From Aquificaceae bacterium (GTDB taxonomy: Bacteria; Aquificota; Aquificia; Aquificales; Aquificaceae), in assembly GCA_039630345.1 (NCBI GenBank), contig JBCNVD010000009.1, positions 1-51,042 on the forward strand: DNA of 51,042 bases, in the 5' to 3' direction. Below the pieces are notes generated by a model. It was not told where the DNA came from. It made no database searches and saw only the letters and a program-made list of their open reading frames with translations. Positions 37,497 to 47,733 of the stretch are shown piece after piece. Made by a program: the position numbers and the translations under genes. Within the stretch, counting starts at the first letter, position 1; each line of letters opens with the position of its first letter.

Positions 37497-38586
37497 CTTC
37501 AAAGCTAAGCTCTCTCTTTGCATTTTCTCTTACAAAGCTTATGCAAACTCCTAAAATCGCAAAGAAAGTAAGTATTGCGCTTCCTCCGTAGCTTACAAAA
37601 GGCAAAGGCATTCCAACAACCGGCATCCACCCCATGTTCATGAGTATGTTGACGCTACTTTGAAACATCCATACACTTCCAGCCGTTGCCAGAAATATCC
37701 TGCCAGTTAAGATCTTTAATCTCATTGAAAGCCACATAAGCCTTGCAAAGACTATAAAAAACCCCATAATAACAGCCATAGCTCCAATTGTTCCAAGCTC
37801 TTCTGCTATGACCGCAAAGATAAAGTCTGTGTGTTTCTCGGGCAGAAACATCAGCTGAGTTTGGGTGCCGGAGAATAATCCTTTACCGTCTATACCGCCA
37901 GAGCCAACCGCCACAACAGACTGAATTAATTGATATCCGCTCTTTTGATAGTCCTTAAATGGGTCAAGAAATGCAATTATTCTTTGTTTTTGATATTCTT
38001 CTAAGTTTGCCCATATAAAAGGTGACATTACAAAGAGCGCTATTCCTGACAGCAAAAAGTATCTTAGCTTTAGCCCCCCAAAAAACAAAAAACAACCCAT
38101 AATAATCACAAACACTATAGAAGTTCCCAAATCTGGCTGTTTTAAAGTCAGCAAAAAAGGCACTATGAAAGCAAAACCTATAACTCCAACCTCCTTTAGC
38201 CCCAGCTTTTTGGAATAATCAACCACAAACACAAAAAACAAAAGCAGTGAAAACTTCATAAGCTCGGAAGGCTGTATGCTAAAAGGTCCTAAACTAAGCC
38301 ATCTACTTGAGCCATAAACTGTCTTTCCAAAAAAAGGCACAAGCGCAAGCAAACTTAAGTTAAAAAGATAAATCACAGGTGCAAGTTCAATAAGTCTTTC
38401 TATTTTAATTCGCGATAGCAAAATCATCACAAATATCCCAAAAATCATAAAAGCCCCTTGCTTTAGAACAAATTCAGGTCCGTGCTGATGATAAGTAGCC
38501 CCTGTTAAACCAATTAGTCCAACCGTGCATAGCAATAACGTGGCAAATATCAGATAAAAATCAAGCTCAGATACTGCTTTTATCAT
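37489..38586 (-). CDS. rodA: Rod shape-determining protein RodA
   Basis: RWL..G..SIQPSE, QPDLGT, FLDP...GYQ..QS, LPEKHTDFIF, SYGGS. Confidence 0.9.
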   Translation of the reverse strand: MIKAVSELDFYLIFATLLLCTVGLIGLTGATYHQHGPEFVLKQGAFMIFGIFVMILLSRIKIERLIELAPVIYLFNLSLLALVPFFGKTVYGSSRWLSLGPFSIQPSELMKFSLLLFFVFVVDYSKKLGLKEVGVIGFAFIVPFLLTLKQPDLGTSIVFVIIMGCFLFFGGLKLRYFLLSGIALFVMSPFIWANLEEYQKQRIIAFLDPFKDYQKSGYQLIQSVVAVGSGGIDGKGLFSGTQTQLMFLPEKHTDFIFAVIAEELGTIGAMAVIMGFFIVFARLMWLSMRLKILTGRIFLATAGSVWMFQSSVNILMNMGWMPVVGMPLPFVSYGGSAILTFFAILGVCISFVRENAKRELSFEDV

Positions 38587-39292
38587 AGTAAAGATAAACT
38601 CCACAAATTTGACATCTTGTTAAAGAGCCTTTTATGACGCTCATCTGCTGTGAATAAGAAAGCACTGTCCCGCATCTTCCACAGTCAAAACAATCTCCTA
38701 ACTTCAGAAGAAACGGCACCCCTATTTGTTTTTCGTATCTGTCAAATTCTTCAAGGAGCTCTTTGGATACTCTGGAGCATAAATCCTGCCACTCTCTGGT
38801 TTTTATCTCCAATCTCTGGATTAACCTCTTTTTGCCATCTTCTATTTCTCTTAACTCAAAACAAAACTCATTAATTTCACTCTCTACAGCCTTAATCTCA
38901 TGATTTTGATAGAAGTTATTTATATCCTGATTTAATTTAGCCCTCTGGTTTTTTAGCTCTAAAATCATCTCTTCGGTCTTTGCTCTTTCTCTTAATAATG
39001 CCTTAAACTCCTCAGGGCGCTTTATAATCCTCTCTCTTTTGTGGATTTTCTGGATTCTATCCTCGAGCTCTAAAATCTTAAAGTCTATATTTTTGACCTC
39101 AAGTTTTAACTCCTCTATCTTTCTTTGCATTTCCTTTCTGACTTCTAAAGCTTTGCTATATCTGTTTTCGTATAGTTCCTTTTCTTGGTCTATTTTTCTT
39201 AGAGATTCTTTTATGTTATTTATTTGCACCTTTAGCTCTTGCAATTGCAGGAGCTCCTGCAACGCCATGCGATTTTGTTGAACCTCTATCAT
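38567..39292 (-). CDS. Coiled-coil C4 zinc-ribbon protein (DUF164-like)
   Basis: L.LQEL start, long coiled coil, CGRC...CQICGVYLY. Confidence 0.8.
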   Translation of the reverse strand: MIEVQQNRMALQELLQLQELKVQINNIKESLRKIDQEKELYENRYSKALEVRKEMQRKIEELKLEVKNIDFKILELEDRIQKIHKRERIIKRPEEFKALLRERAKTEEMILELKNQRAKLNQDINNFYQNHEIKAVESEINEFCFELREIEDGKKRLIQRLEIKTREWQDLCSRVSKELLEEFDRYEKQIGVPFLLKLGDCFDCGRCGTVLSYSQQMSVIKGSLTRCQICGVYLYYDKSSI

Positions 39293-39312
39293 AAGGGTTT
39301 AAATTTAATCAC

Positions 39313-39705
39313 ATGAAAGTATTTGACCTTGACACAGCAAGAGAGCTCATTCCAGTTATCAAGCCAATAGTCGAAGAGATATCATCTCTTCGCTCAGAGC
39401 TCGTTGATTCTATACAGCGTATAGACGAGGAATCCGATCAGCTTGAGCTTATGTATCTTCAAAGCCACATAAAAGATATAGACCATCAAATAAAGCTTCT
39501 ATTTAAGCGCATAGAATCCTTAGGCGGGGTTATAAAAGGCATAGATCCGATTCTGGTTGACTTTCTCTCAACCTTTCAAAACCGCTACATATGGCTTTGC
39601 TGGAAAGAAGACGAAGATACAATAATGTTCTGGCACGAACTTAACGAAGGATTCGCAGGCAGAAAACCTGTCTCTCTCCTCTTGCAAGAAGAGCCAAGGT
39701 TGTGA
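39313..39705 (+). CDS. DUF2203 family protein
   Basis: F.L..A..L.P, LVDF, LCWK..E..I.FWH...GFAGRKP. Confidence 0.85.
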   Translation: MKVFDLDTARELIPVIKPIVEEISSLRSELVDSIQRIDEESDQLELMYLQSHIKDIDHQIKLLFKRIESLGGVIKGIDPILVDFLSTFQNRYIWLCWKEDEDTIMFWHELNEGFAGRKPVSLLLQEEPRL

Positions 39706-39722
39706 TATAATATTTCTAAAGA

Positions 39723-40034
39723 ATGCAAAATCTCAACCTTCTTATATCCCAGGTTGCAAAAACCATCGGCTTTTCAGAGCCGGATAGAATCTCTCTTTCC
39801 TACCAGCTTGGAGAGCTCTGTATAGACATTTTCCTGACAAAAGAGCAGAACGCTTGGGAGATAAACAACTTTGGTCTTAGCGTCCCGATAAAAAAAATAC
39901 AGGAGCTAAAAGACCTGCTTGATGCTATAGGTCTTGACCCTGAGGCTATTTACTGCGAGGAAGATAGAGCCTACACCAGCTTTTCCGAAGAAGATTGGGA
40001 ACTTGCCAACTCATTAATAACCACGCTTTTATGA
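39723..40034 (+). CDS. Hypothetical protein
   Basis: 103-aa ORF, extended -10 upstream, ATGA overlap with next gene. Confidence 0.65.
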   Translation: MQNLNLLISQVAKTIGFSEPDRISLSYQLGELCIDIFLTKEQNAWEINNFGLSVPIKKIQELKDLLDAIGLDPEAIYCEEDRAYTSFSEEDWELANSLITTLL

Positions 40035-40903
40035 AAGTAGGTCTTATAGGTCTTGGCTCTCTTGGAAAGGCGATAGCAAAAAGACTCCTATCTTTGGGTG
40101 TTGACCTATCTGTCTGGAACCGCACCAAAGCCAAAGCCGAAGAGCTTGGACTGGTTTCTGCGGAAAGTCCATGCGCTCTTGCAAGCTCTTGTGATGTGTT
40201 GCTCCTTGTGCTTTTTGATTCCGCCTCTGTTTATAAGGTTCTCTTTGGTGAAGATGGCCTTTGCCTTGCAAAGCTTAGAGGAAAGCTTATAGTAGACATA
40301 ACGACAAACCACCCTGAGTTTACAAAGCTTGCATATGAAAAGCTAAAAGAATTTGGAATTTCTTACCTTGAAGCCCCGGTCCTTGGAAGCGTCAAGCCAG
40401 CCCTTAGTGGAGAGCTAACGATGCTGGTTTCTGGCCAATTAGAAGCTTTTGAAAGTGCCAGACCTCTCCTTGAAAAGATTGCAAAAACCATAATCTACTC
40501 AGGTCAGGTAGGCAACGCCTCTAAATTGAAACTAATTAACAATCTAGTTCTTGGCACTTTTATGCAGGCTATATGCGAGTCTATAGCCCTTGGGGAAGAG
40601 CTTGGATTTGATAGACAGACTATTATTCAAGTCCTTAAAAATGGTGCAGGAAGGTCTTACATCCTTGATGCAAAGACCGATAAACTCCTCTCCAGAGACT
40701 ATAGCCCGCATTTTTCAATAGAGCTAATAGAAAAAGACCTCTCATATCTTGAAGAGGTTATAGGTAAAAGTGGACTATTTAGCCTTTGCTTAAGCAGTGC
40801 AAAAAATGCTTACAGAATTGCTATAAGCCTTGGGCTTGCAAAGGAGGATTTCTCCTCCCTTGCTGAGATTTTCTCACTTATTAAAAACCCTCGAGATACT
40901 TAA
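40031..40903 (+). CDS. NAD(P)-dependent oxidoreductase, 3-hydroxyisobutyrate dehydrogenase family
   Basis: GLIGLG.LG, WNRT, APVLGS, KLINN, KDL. Confidence 0.9.
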   Translation: MKVGLIGLGSLGKAIAKRLLSLGVDLSVWNRTKAKAEELGLVSAESPCALASSCDVLLLVLFDSASVYKVLFGEDGLCLAKLRGKLIVDITTNHPEFTKLAYEKLKEFGISYLEAPVLGSVKPALSGELTMLVSGQLEAFESARPLLEKIAKTIIYSGQVGNASKLKLINNLVLGTFMQAICESIALGEELGFDRQTIIQVLKNGAGRSYILDAKTDKLLSRDYSPHFSIELIEKDLSYLEEVIGKSGLFSLCLSSAKNAYRIAISLGLAKEDFSSLAEIFSLIKNPRDT

Positions 40904-42587
40904 CTCGCGTTGGATGACGGAGTTTTCTTATAGCTTTGTTTTCAATCTGCCTTATTCTCTCTCTGGTGACATTAAACATCTTGCCTATTTGCTCAAGCGT
41001 GTATTCAGTGCCGTCAACTAGCCCGTAGCGATACATAAGGATGTTTTGCTCTTTTTCTGGCAAAGAGCTCAGGGCTTTTATTAGCTGCTCGCGAAGGACT
41101 TTTCTCATAACCTGCTCTTCCGGTGATGGTACGCTTTTGTCTTCTATAAAGTCTCTTAGGCTGGTTTCTTCGTCATCTCCTATCGGGCTTTCTAAAGAGA
41201 GAGGCTCTTGGGAAACTCTCATAACCTTTCTTACTCTTTCTGTTGAAACACCCACATATCTTGCAATTTCCTCGACAGATGGTTCTCTGCCTAGCTCTTG
41301 AAAGAGTTTTTTATGAGCTCTTGTTATTTCGTTCATTGTTTCTATCATATGCACCGGTATTCTTATGGTGCGTGCCTGGTCTGCTATTGCTCTTGTGGTT
41401 GCCTGGCGAATCCACCATGTTGCGTAGGTTGAGAACTTATAGCCTTTTCTATAGTCGTATTTATCCACTGCTCTCATAAGACCGATGTTTCCTTCCTGTA
41501 TCAGGTCAAGAAAATGCAGTCCCCTGTTTATGTATTTTTTTGCTATTGCAACCACGAGCCTTAGGTTGCACTTAACCATAACCTGCTTTGCCTGGGTTAC
41601 TTTGGTTCTCCCTTCGCGAATTATTCTTATGACTTTATCCACTTCGTCCGGGAGGATTCCCATCTCTCTTTCTATAGACCTTAGTTCTTCCCAGCAGGCT
41701 TTGTATTCGTTTAGAAGTATCTGAAACCTTGCAAAGCCGTATCCTGCCCTTTCTGCCTTTTCCTGAAGCTTTCTGTCTTTGTCATAGTTTTGAATAAGTT
41801 CTGTAACATCGGGATGGATATTTTCGAGTTTTTTCTTCTTTACCTCAAACTCTTTAAATTTCTTGTGGAATTTGTTATATAGGTTTAAAAGCTCATCTGC
41901 TATTCTTTCGAATTTAGAGTGCTTTAGCTTTAGCTCTTTTAAGATGCGGTTCATTCTGGCATGCCTGATTAGATATTCAGCTTTATATTCCTCATCCTGA
42001 TACTGAATGTAGAGTTCTCTCCACTTTAGAGCGTCTTTGTAGGCTTTTGCGAGCTCCAGACCTTTGTTTATAAAAAATCTCTCCAGAGCTTCGTGACTCT
42101 CTTCGTATTCTTCGATGTTTTTACTATCGTCTACGTTATCCATTAAATCTATTGCCTTTAACCTGCCGTTGCAGACCTCTCCCCAATCTTTTAAGACCCT
42201 CTCTATGAGAAAAGAGGTCCTGAGCAGCCCTCTTCTCATTATCTTTCGCCCAAGCTCGATTTGCTTTGCATACATAATCTCTTCTTCTCTTGTAAGTAGA
42301 GGGATTTTGCCCATGTCTTTGAGGTATAGCCTTACCGGGTCGCCGTCTTTGGAGCTTGTGGTAAGGTTTTCGTTTGAGACTGTGATTGGGTCATCCTCTC
42401 TTTCTTCATTCAATAGCTCTTCACTATCGACTACTTTGATTCCGCGCTCTTGAAGCATATCCATAACTGCTTCGTATAGCTCTGTATCCACTATTTCCGG
42501 TCCAAGCAGGTTATTTATCTCATCGTAGGTGACATATCCTTTCTCCTCAAGCTGGAAAAGTTTCTCCTTTATCTGACGAAAGTTCAT
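40881..42587 (-). CDS. rpoD: RNA polymerase primary sigma factor
   Basis: [40 protein letters not shown]; region 1.1 present. Confidence 0.97.
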   Translation of the reverse strand: MNFRQIKEKLFQLEEKGYVTYDEINNLLGPEIVDTELYEAVMDMLQERGIKVVDSEELLNEEREDDPITVSNENLTTSSKDGDPVRLYLKDMGKIPLLTREEEIMYAKQIELGRKIMRRGLLRTSFLIERVLKDWGEVCNGRLKAIDLMDNVDDSKNIEEYEESHEALERFFINKGLELAKAYKDALKWRELYIQYQDEEYKAEYLIRHARMNRILKELKLKHSKFERIADELLNLYNKFHKKFKEFEVKKKKLENIHPDVTELIQNYDKDRKLQEKAERAGYGFARFQILLNEYKACWEELRSIEREMGILPDEVDKVIRIIREGRTKVTQAKQVMVKCNLRLVVAIAKKYINRGLHFLDLIQEGNIGLMRAVDKYDYRKGYKFSTYATWWIRQATTRAIADQARTIRIPVHMIETMNEITRAHKKLFQELGREPSVEEIARYVGVSTERVRKVMRVSQEPLSLESPIGDDEETSLRDFIEDKSVPSPEEQVMRKVLREQLIKALSSLPEKEQNILMYRYGLVDGTEYTLEQIGKMFNVTRERIRQIENKAIRKLRHPTRVKYLEGF

Positions 42588-42639
42588 TCCAAAGACCTCC
42601 TGAAAAGTATAAGTATAAGTTTAGGCAATTACTTAAAAT

Positions 42640-43134
42640 TTACAACTCTTTGAGAGAATCTTCAAGCATTAGCTGCATCTTTTTTACTTCTTCTCTAAGG
42701 CTTTGAAAATGAGCTTCCAACTTTTTTTCAATCTCCTGGTTTGTTAAAGCCAGTATCCTTATTGCCAAAAGTGCGGCGTTAATTGCGTTACCTATGCCAA
42801 CTGTGGCAACAGGAACCCCGGGGGGCATCTGAACTATAGATAGCAAAGAATCAACCCCGCTTAAATGCTTCGAAGGCACAGGGATAGCAACAACAGGCAA
42901 GGTGCAAAGACTTGCTACCATCCCGGGAAGATGGGCAGAACCTCCTGCGGCTGCTATTATGAGCTTTATTCCTCTTGACTTTGCACTCTTTGCGTATTCA
43001 AACATCAGCTCTGGGCTTCTGTGTGCAGAGACTACTTTGACCTCACACGCTATGCCGAACCTGATTAGAATTTCATGACAGGGCTTTACCCACTCCCAGT
43101 CTGAATAGCTTCCCATTATAATCCCGACCATCAC
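42640..43134 (-). CDS. purE: N5-CAIR mutase
   Basis: [34 protein letters not shown]. Confidence 0.96.
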   Translation of the reverse strand: MMVGIIMGSYSDWEWVKPCHEILIRFGIACEVKVVSAHRSPELMFEYAKSAKSRGIKLIIAAAGGSAHLPGMVASLCTLPVVAIPVPSKHLSGVDSLLSIVQMPPGVPVATVGIGNAINAALLAIRILALTNQEIEKKLEAHFQSLREEVKKMQLMLEDSLKEL

Positions 43135-43165
43135 TTGGAGGTATTATCGCACTATACTTTAAATG

Positions 43166-43747
43166 ATGCAAAAATTCCCTGTTATGCTAATAGACATAGA
43201 TAGGTGCATAGGCTGCCTTTCCTGCGAGGTGGCCTGTTTGCAGGAAAAAGAGCTCAAAGAGCCAGAGATTCGCCCGATGAAAGTTTCAAGAGTTGGGGGC
43301 TTTGGAGATGGCCCTGACCTTTTTTTCGTGCCGATGAACTGCTTCCATTGTGAACCTGCGCCCTGCGTGATGGCATGTCCAACAGGCGCGATGGTTAAAA
43401 ACTCAAAAGGAGTTGTGCACCTTCTTAGCACCAGATGCATAGGCTGTAAAGCCTGCATAATAGCCTGCCCATTTGGCGCTATCTCCTTTAACCCCCAGAC
43501 TATGAAGGTAGAAAAGTGCGACTATTGCATACACAGACTTGAAAAGGGGCTTCTTCCCTCCTGCGTTATGAAGTGCACTACCAACTGTCTGTATTTTGTA
43601 TACTTAGAAACCGCGCCACAGGCGCGACATATCAGCCAGCGCCTTGACTCTTCCCTTCTTCAAGAGCTGTTTTTAAAGCCAGATATGATAGATAAATCAC
43701 AAACATTGCCCCACCAAGAACTGCAAGAGCGGTCCCAAAACCCATAA
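43166..43747 (+). CDS. 4x[4Fe-4S] electron-transfer protein (DmsB/HybA-like)
   Basis: CIGCLSCEVAC, CFHC..APC...CP, CIGCKAC..ACP, KCDYC...P.CV..C. Confidence 0.9.
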   Translation: MQKFPVMLIDIDRCIGCLSCEVACLQEKELKEPEIRPMKVSRVGGFGDGPDLFFVPMNCFHCEPAPCVMACPTGAMVKNSKGVVHLLSTRCIGCKACIIACPFGAISFNPQTMKVEKCDYCIHRLEKGLLPSCVMKCTTNCLYFVYLETAPQARHISQRLDSSLLQELFLKPDMIDKSQTLPHQELQERSQNP

Positions 43748-44885
43748 CCCCAAGCGAGGTCAAAACAACAGGATTATCAGTAAAGCCAGTCCCAAAGACC
43801 TTTCTCGGAGCCCCTAAAAGCCCGGCAAAGTAAAGCCCGGAGATAAACATAAGCATACCGCTTCCATAGAGATATACCTGTGTTAATGTGAGCTTGCTGG
43901 ATTTTGATAAAACTTCATAGCTAAGAGCCATAAATCCAATAGTGATTGCCGTAACCATTCCATGGTAATGCGCAGGTATTCTTAAATCTGAATCAAATCC
44001 AATATAGGCAATTAAGGCACCTATCGTAAAGAGGAGCATTGATAGAAAAGTTCCTGCAAACTTTGTCTCTTTGAATTTGGGTTTTAAATACCTCATTAAT
44101 ACTGCAAGATGCATAAATATCGGAATTCCAAGACCAATGGCGTATAGTAGCTCAGAAAAGATTATAGCATTTTTGGAAATAGGGTCTTTGAAAATGAGAG
44201 GCACCAATGCCTGAAGCGAGCTTGCAATAACAAAGACAACGCTAAGAATTCTTAAAGTCTTAAGCTTAACATCCCTTGCAGTAAGGTAATACCAGGCATA
44301 AAGAAGCATAACGCCGTTTATAAACTGCTGGATATGCCCCGGCGCCCAGTATAGTCTTTCGTAAAACATATAAAGCTCTGATTTTGGTCCTGTTTTTGGA
44401 ATCGAGACTATAAAGGCAAAGAGCATGATGATGCTAAGAATTATTGCAACTGAAGATAGATGCACCAAAGGGTCTTTGGAAAATACTCTTACTTTTGGCA
44501 ATAGTTCTAAACTTGCAAGCCAAAAGCCAAGGAAGTAAAATCCAGCCCCTGCCAAAAATAGAGCATTATCTATGGTAGGCAGGTAGTTATTAGACACTAC
44601 CTTTCCATGACCTATCAAAGAAGAAAGGGCGATATTTAAAAAACCGCTAAAGGCAAGCAGGAAACTTATTTTGCTAACTTTTTTTATTGCTCTTTCCCAT
44701 AGAAAGACACTAAAAGATAGCACAAATACAACTATCGCCAAATCTACATGTCCCACCAGGGCATAGTAGAAATATCCCTCCGGAAAAATATGGTGAATTA
44801 CTGGAGTTCTTGCTATTGCAACCAGAAGGGCAAACACTCCTCCGATTGACAGCGATGCTATTGATAGATAAAACCAGGGACTCAT
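43632..44885 (-). CDS. Heme-copper oxidase subunit I-like membrane protein (atypical)
   Basis: About 12 TM helices; LVGHV, YWAPGHIQQF, PAHYHG, GAPRK; no HH pair. Confidence 0.75.
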   Translation of the reverse strand: MSPWFYLSIASLSIGGVFALLVAIARTPVIHHIFPEGYFYYALVGHVDLAIVVFVLSFSVFLWERAIKKVSKISFLLAFSGFLNIALSSLIGHGKVVSNNYLPTIDNALFLAGAGFYFLGFWLASLELLPKVRVFSKDPLVHLSSVAIILSIIMLFAFIVSIPKTGPKSELYMFYERLYWAPGHIQQFINGVMLLYAWYYLTARDVKLKTLRILSVVFVIASSLQALVPLIFKDPISKNAIIFSELLYAIGLGIPIFMHLAVLMRYLKPKFKETKFAGTFLSMLLFTIGALIAYIGFDSDLRIPAHYHGMVTAITIGFMALSYEVLSKSSKLTLTQVYLYGSGMLMFISGLYFAGLLGAPRKVFGTGFTDNPVVLTSLGVMGFGTALAVLGGAMFVIYLSYLALKTALEEGKSQGAG

Positions 44886-45751
44886 CGCCTCACATCCATA
44901 ACAAGAGCTGTGAAAAGACTGGTTAGATAAAAAACAGAGTAAAAAAACATCAGCATGTCGCTGACTCTTTTATATAGCCAGAGAATGCAGAGCAAAATAT
45001 ACAAAGCCCCAAGGAGGCTTGCGCTCCAGAAGTATAACTCTCCTGCAGTGCCGAAGGCAAATATCGCGAGACTAACTGGCAAAAGAGACGCTACATAGAT
45101 AAGACTTCTTAGTTTTGTGTATCCGATGCCTTTTGCCACTGCCATAACAGGAATTCCGGCATTTTTATAATCATCCAGATACTTTATAGAAAGTGCCCAA
45201 AAATGGGCAGGTTGCCAGAGAAACATAATCATAAAAAGAGTAAATGCTTCTCTATTTATCGTTCCCTCAACCGCGCAATATCCAATAACCGGGGGCATGG
45301 CCCCTGCTACTCCCCCCAGCTCTGTGGCAAGAGGCGTCTTTCTCTTTAGGAAAAGAGTATACAAAATGACATAGTAAAGACCTGTAAATAGGGTAAGGGC
45401 TGCGCTTAAAGGGTTGACCTTTGAGATAAGAACCAAAAACCCGCCAAAGAGCAATATAGAGCCAAAAAATAGAGCCTCATGAGAACTTACCATACCTGAA
45501 ACGAGAGGTCTTGAGAGCGTGCGAAACATTAAAGCGTCTATGTCTCTATCAAGATACTGATTTAAAGATGCAGAGCCGGCCGATGCAAGACCAGTGCCTA
45601 AAAGGGTCCAGAAAACCAACTCTTCCGAAGGAATCTGTCTGTTTGCGACATACATGCCCCCAAGGGTTGTTATAAGAACCAGCAAAACAATACCGGGCTT
45701 TGTAAGGAGTAAAAATGCACTTAGTTTGCTTGCACTTAACCTCCTTGCCAT
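44882..45751 (-). CDS. ctaB: Protoheme IX farnesyltransferase (heme O synthase)
   Basis: LTKP, NQYLDRDID..M.RT..RPL.SG, YT..LKR.T, WQPAHFWAL, DYKNAG.P. Confidence 0.95.
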   Translation of the reverse strand: MARRLSASKLSAFLLLTKPGIVLLVLITTLGGMYVANRQIPSEELVFWTLLGTGLASAGSASLNQYLDRDIDALMFRTLSRPLVSGMVSSHEALFFGSILLFGGFLVLISKVNPLSAALTLFTGLYYVILYTLFLKRKTPLATELGGVAGAMPPVIGYCAVEGTINREAFTLFMIMFLWQPAHFWALSIKYLDDYKNAGIPVMAVAKGIGYTKLRSLIYVASLLPVSLAIFAFGTAGELYFWSASLLGALYILLCILWLYKRVSDMLMFFYSVFYLTSLFTALVMDVRR

Positions 45752-46599
45752 ACAGGTCTCAAAGCCTCTGATTTGCGATTCAGTGATAGGTTATAAGTTA
45801 GCCAAATAAACAGGAAAAAGCCAAGAGCAACATCTATGAAAACCAAAGGCAGGAAAAATCCAGACCTTACCATGGATATTGCACTTATCATCTGAAGGTT
45901 TATCAAAACAAAAGCGTTTCGCGAGACTCTATCTTTGCCATTTATGAAAACTATTAAAAAGCCAATCCATGTAAGATATGCCAGGGTTCTATGCAGGACA
46001 TTTAGAGCAACCTGCCAGTTTGAGATATCCCCTATTAAAGAACCAAGGCATGTTGGCCATTCGTGACCGCAGGCTTCGCCTGAGTTTGTATATCTGACTA
46101 TAACTCCTGATATCATCGTAAGAACCGCAAGAGAGTAAGCCCAAACAGGTATTGCGCCTTCAAAGCGATTGTTATAAGACCTATAAACAAGCAAAAGCAT
46201 GGCAAGAATCAGCATCGATTCGAAGATATGAAAAGACTCAAGCATCATATGAGAATAATGAGATAGATTTGGGGCTTCTAATTTAATCATTTTCATCCCG
46301 GTTAACGCTGCGCTTATGGTGAAAAGAAGGGCCCCGCTTGCAAATATCTTTGTCTTTAGAGAATATTTGCCGGAAATAGCCATCAAAAAAACGCCAAGGA
46401 CAAAAAGCCCTGCAAAGCTGCTTAAAATTCTATGTCCCATCTCTAGCTTTGCTGCTTTGTCATATGGCATGGAATATTGGCCGTAGCACATTGGCCAGTC
46501 AGGGCATGCAAGCCCGGAGTCTGTAGAGCGCACCAGCCCTCCCCATATCATAACCAGATAAGTAAGCCCAATGGCAATAAATATAAAAGACCTGAACAT
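45736..46599 (-). CDS. ctaA: Heme A synthase (COX15/CtaA family)
   Basis: GG.VR...SGLACPDWP.C.G, EMGHR, second-half AC..WPTC.G and LHR. Confidence 0.85.
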   Translation of the reverse strand: MFRSFIFIAIGLTYLVMIWGGLVRSTDSGLACPDWPMCYGQYSMPYDKAAKLEMGHRILSSFAGLFVLGVFLMAISGKYSLKTKIFASGALLFTISAALTGMKMIKLEAPNLSHYSHMMLESFHIFESMLILAMLLLVYRSYNNRFEGAIPVWAYSLAVLTMISGVIVRYTNSGEACGHEWPTCLGSLIGDISNWQVALNVLHRTLAYLTWIGFLIVFINGKDRVSRNAFVLINLQMISAISMVRSGFFLPLVFIDVALGFFLFIWLTYNLSLNRKSEALRPVWQGG

Positions 46600-46641
46600 A
46601 TTCTTAAAAGTATAGACCTGATTTTGAGTCAGGGATATTTT

Positions 46642-47733
46642 TTATAAGGCTTTCTCCAGATGTTTTGCAACTGCGTCTTGAGTCTTTTCGTCAAGCCCTG
46701 GAAATATAGGCAAGCTTATGACCCTTGAGTAAAAGTCCTCTGCGTTTGGGCAAATTCTGTGGGGAATTTCCTTCATAAAAGGGTGGTGGTAAACGGGGAT
46801 ATAGTGAACCTGAACTCCAAAGCCTGCCTCTCTTAGCTTGCGAAAGACCTCTCTTCGCTTTGAGGGGTCTTTTAACCTTACTGGATAGAGATGATAAGCG
46901 TGGAAAGCCCAGTCTCTTTCTGGGGGGAGGTATATAGGGGCTTTTAAAATCTGCGCGTAGCGCGCTGCAAGATATCTTCTTTGTGATATAAAATCATCAA
47001 GTTTTTTGAGCTGAGATAGCCCAAGAGCGCATTGAAAGTCCGTGATCCTGAAGTTAAAAGATGGTTCCAGAACCTGATATTCCCAGTCTTTGCCCCTTAA
47101 GATGCCATGGCTTCTAAGTCTTGTGAGTTTTTCGTAGAGCTCTTGGCTATTTGTAAGAACCGCACCGCCTTCGCCGGTTGTAAAGTGCTTCACAGGGTGA
47201 AAGCTAAAAACAGCGGCGTCTGAGTGAATGCATGAGCCTACTTTGTAGCTGTTGTATTTTGCACCCGGTGCGTGGCAGGCGTCTTCAACTACATATAACT
47301 CCCTCTCTTTTGCGATTTTAAATATCTCTTCCATATCGCAAGGATGTCCTGCGTAGTGAACGGGCACTATCATCTTTGTTCTGGAATTTATAAGCTCTGG
47401 AATTAGCTCCGGGTTTATAAGTGCAGTGTCTGGCTCTACGTCGCAAAAGACAGGTTTTGCACCGAGTAAAACGCCTGCGGAGATGGTTGCTGTGAAGGTT
47501 ATTGGGCTTGTTATAAATTCGTCGTCTTTTTTAAGTCCAAGAGCCCTATAGACGCAATATAGAGCCGAAGTCCCGGAGTTAAAAGCGACGGCAAATTTAG
47601 CGCCAAAATACTCAGCAAGAGCTTTTTCAAACTCCTCTACTTTTGGTCCCTGGGTTATGAGCGGTTCAAGAAGCGTATCTGACACTGCTTTTATGTCATC
47701 TTTTGAGATGTTTTGCCTGCCATAGGGTATCAT
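46642..47733 (-). CDS. pseC: UDP-4-amino-4,6-dideoxy-N-acetyl-beta-L-altrosamine transaminase
   Basis: MIPYGRQ.I, EDACHA, FSFHPVKH.TTGEGG, QVHYIP; in pse cluster. Confidence 0.9.
   Translation of the reverse strand: MIPYGRQNISKDDIKAVSDTLLEPLITQGPKVEEFEKALAEYFGAKFAVAFNSGTSALYCVYRALGLKKDDEFITSPITFTATISAGVLLGAKPVFCDVEPDTALINPELIPELINSRTKMIVPVHYAGHPCDMEEIFKIAKERELYVVEDACHAPGAKYNSYKVGSCIHSDAAVFSFHPVKHFTTGEGGAVLTNSQELYEKLTRLRSHGILRGKDWEYQVLEPSFNFRITDFQCALGLSQLKKLDDFISQRRYLAARYAQILKAPIYLPPERDWAFHAYHLYPVRLKDPSKRREVFRKLREAGFGVQVHYIPVYHHPFMKEIPHRICPNAEDFYSRVISLPIFPGLDEKTQDAVAKHLEKAL

Noticed and set aside
42605..42620. Tandem AAGTAT repeats upstream of rpoD
   Set aside because: Under three units; most simply -10-like TATACT hexamers on the - strand, not a contingency locus
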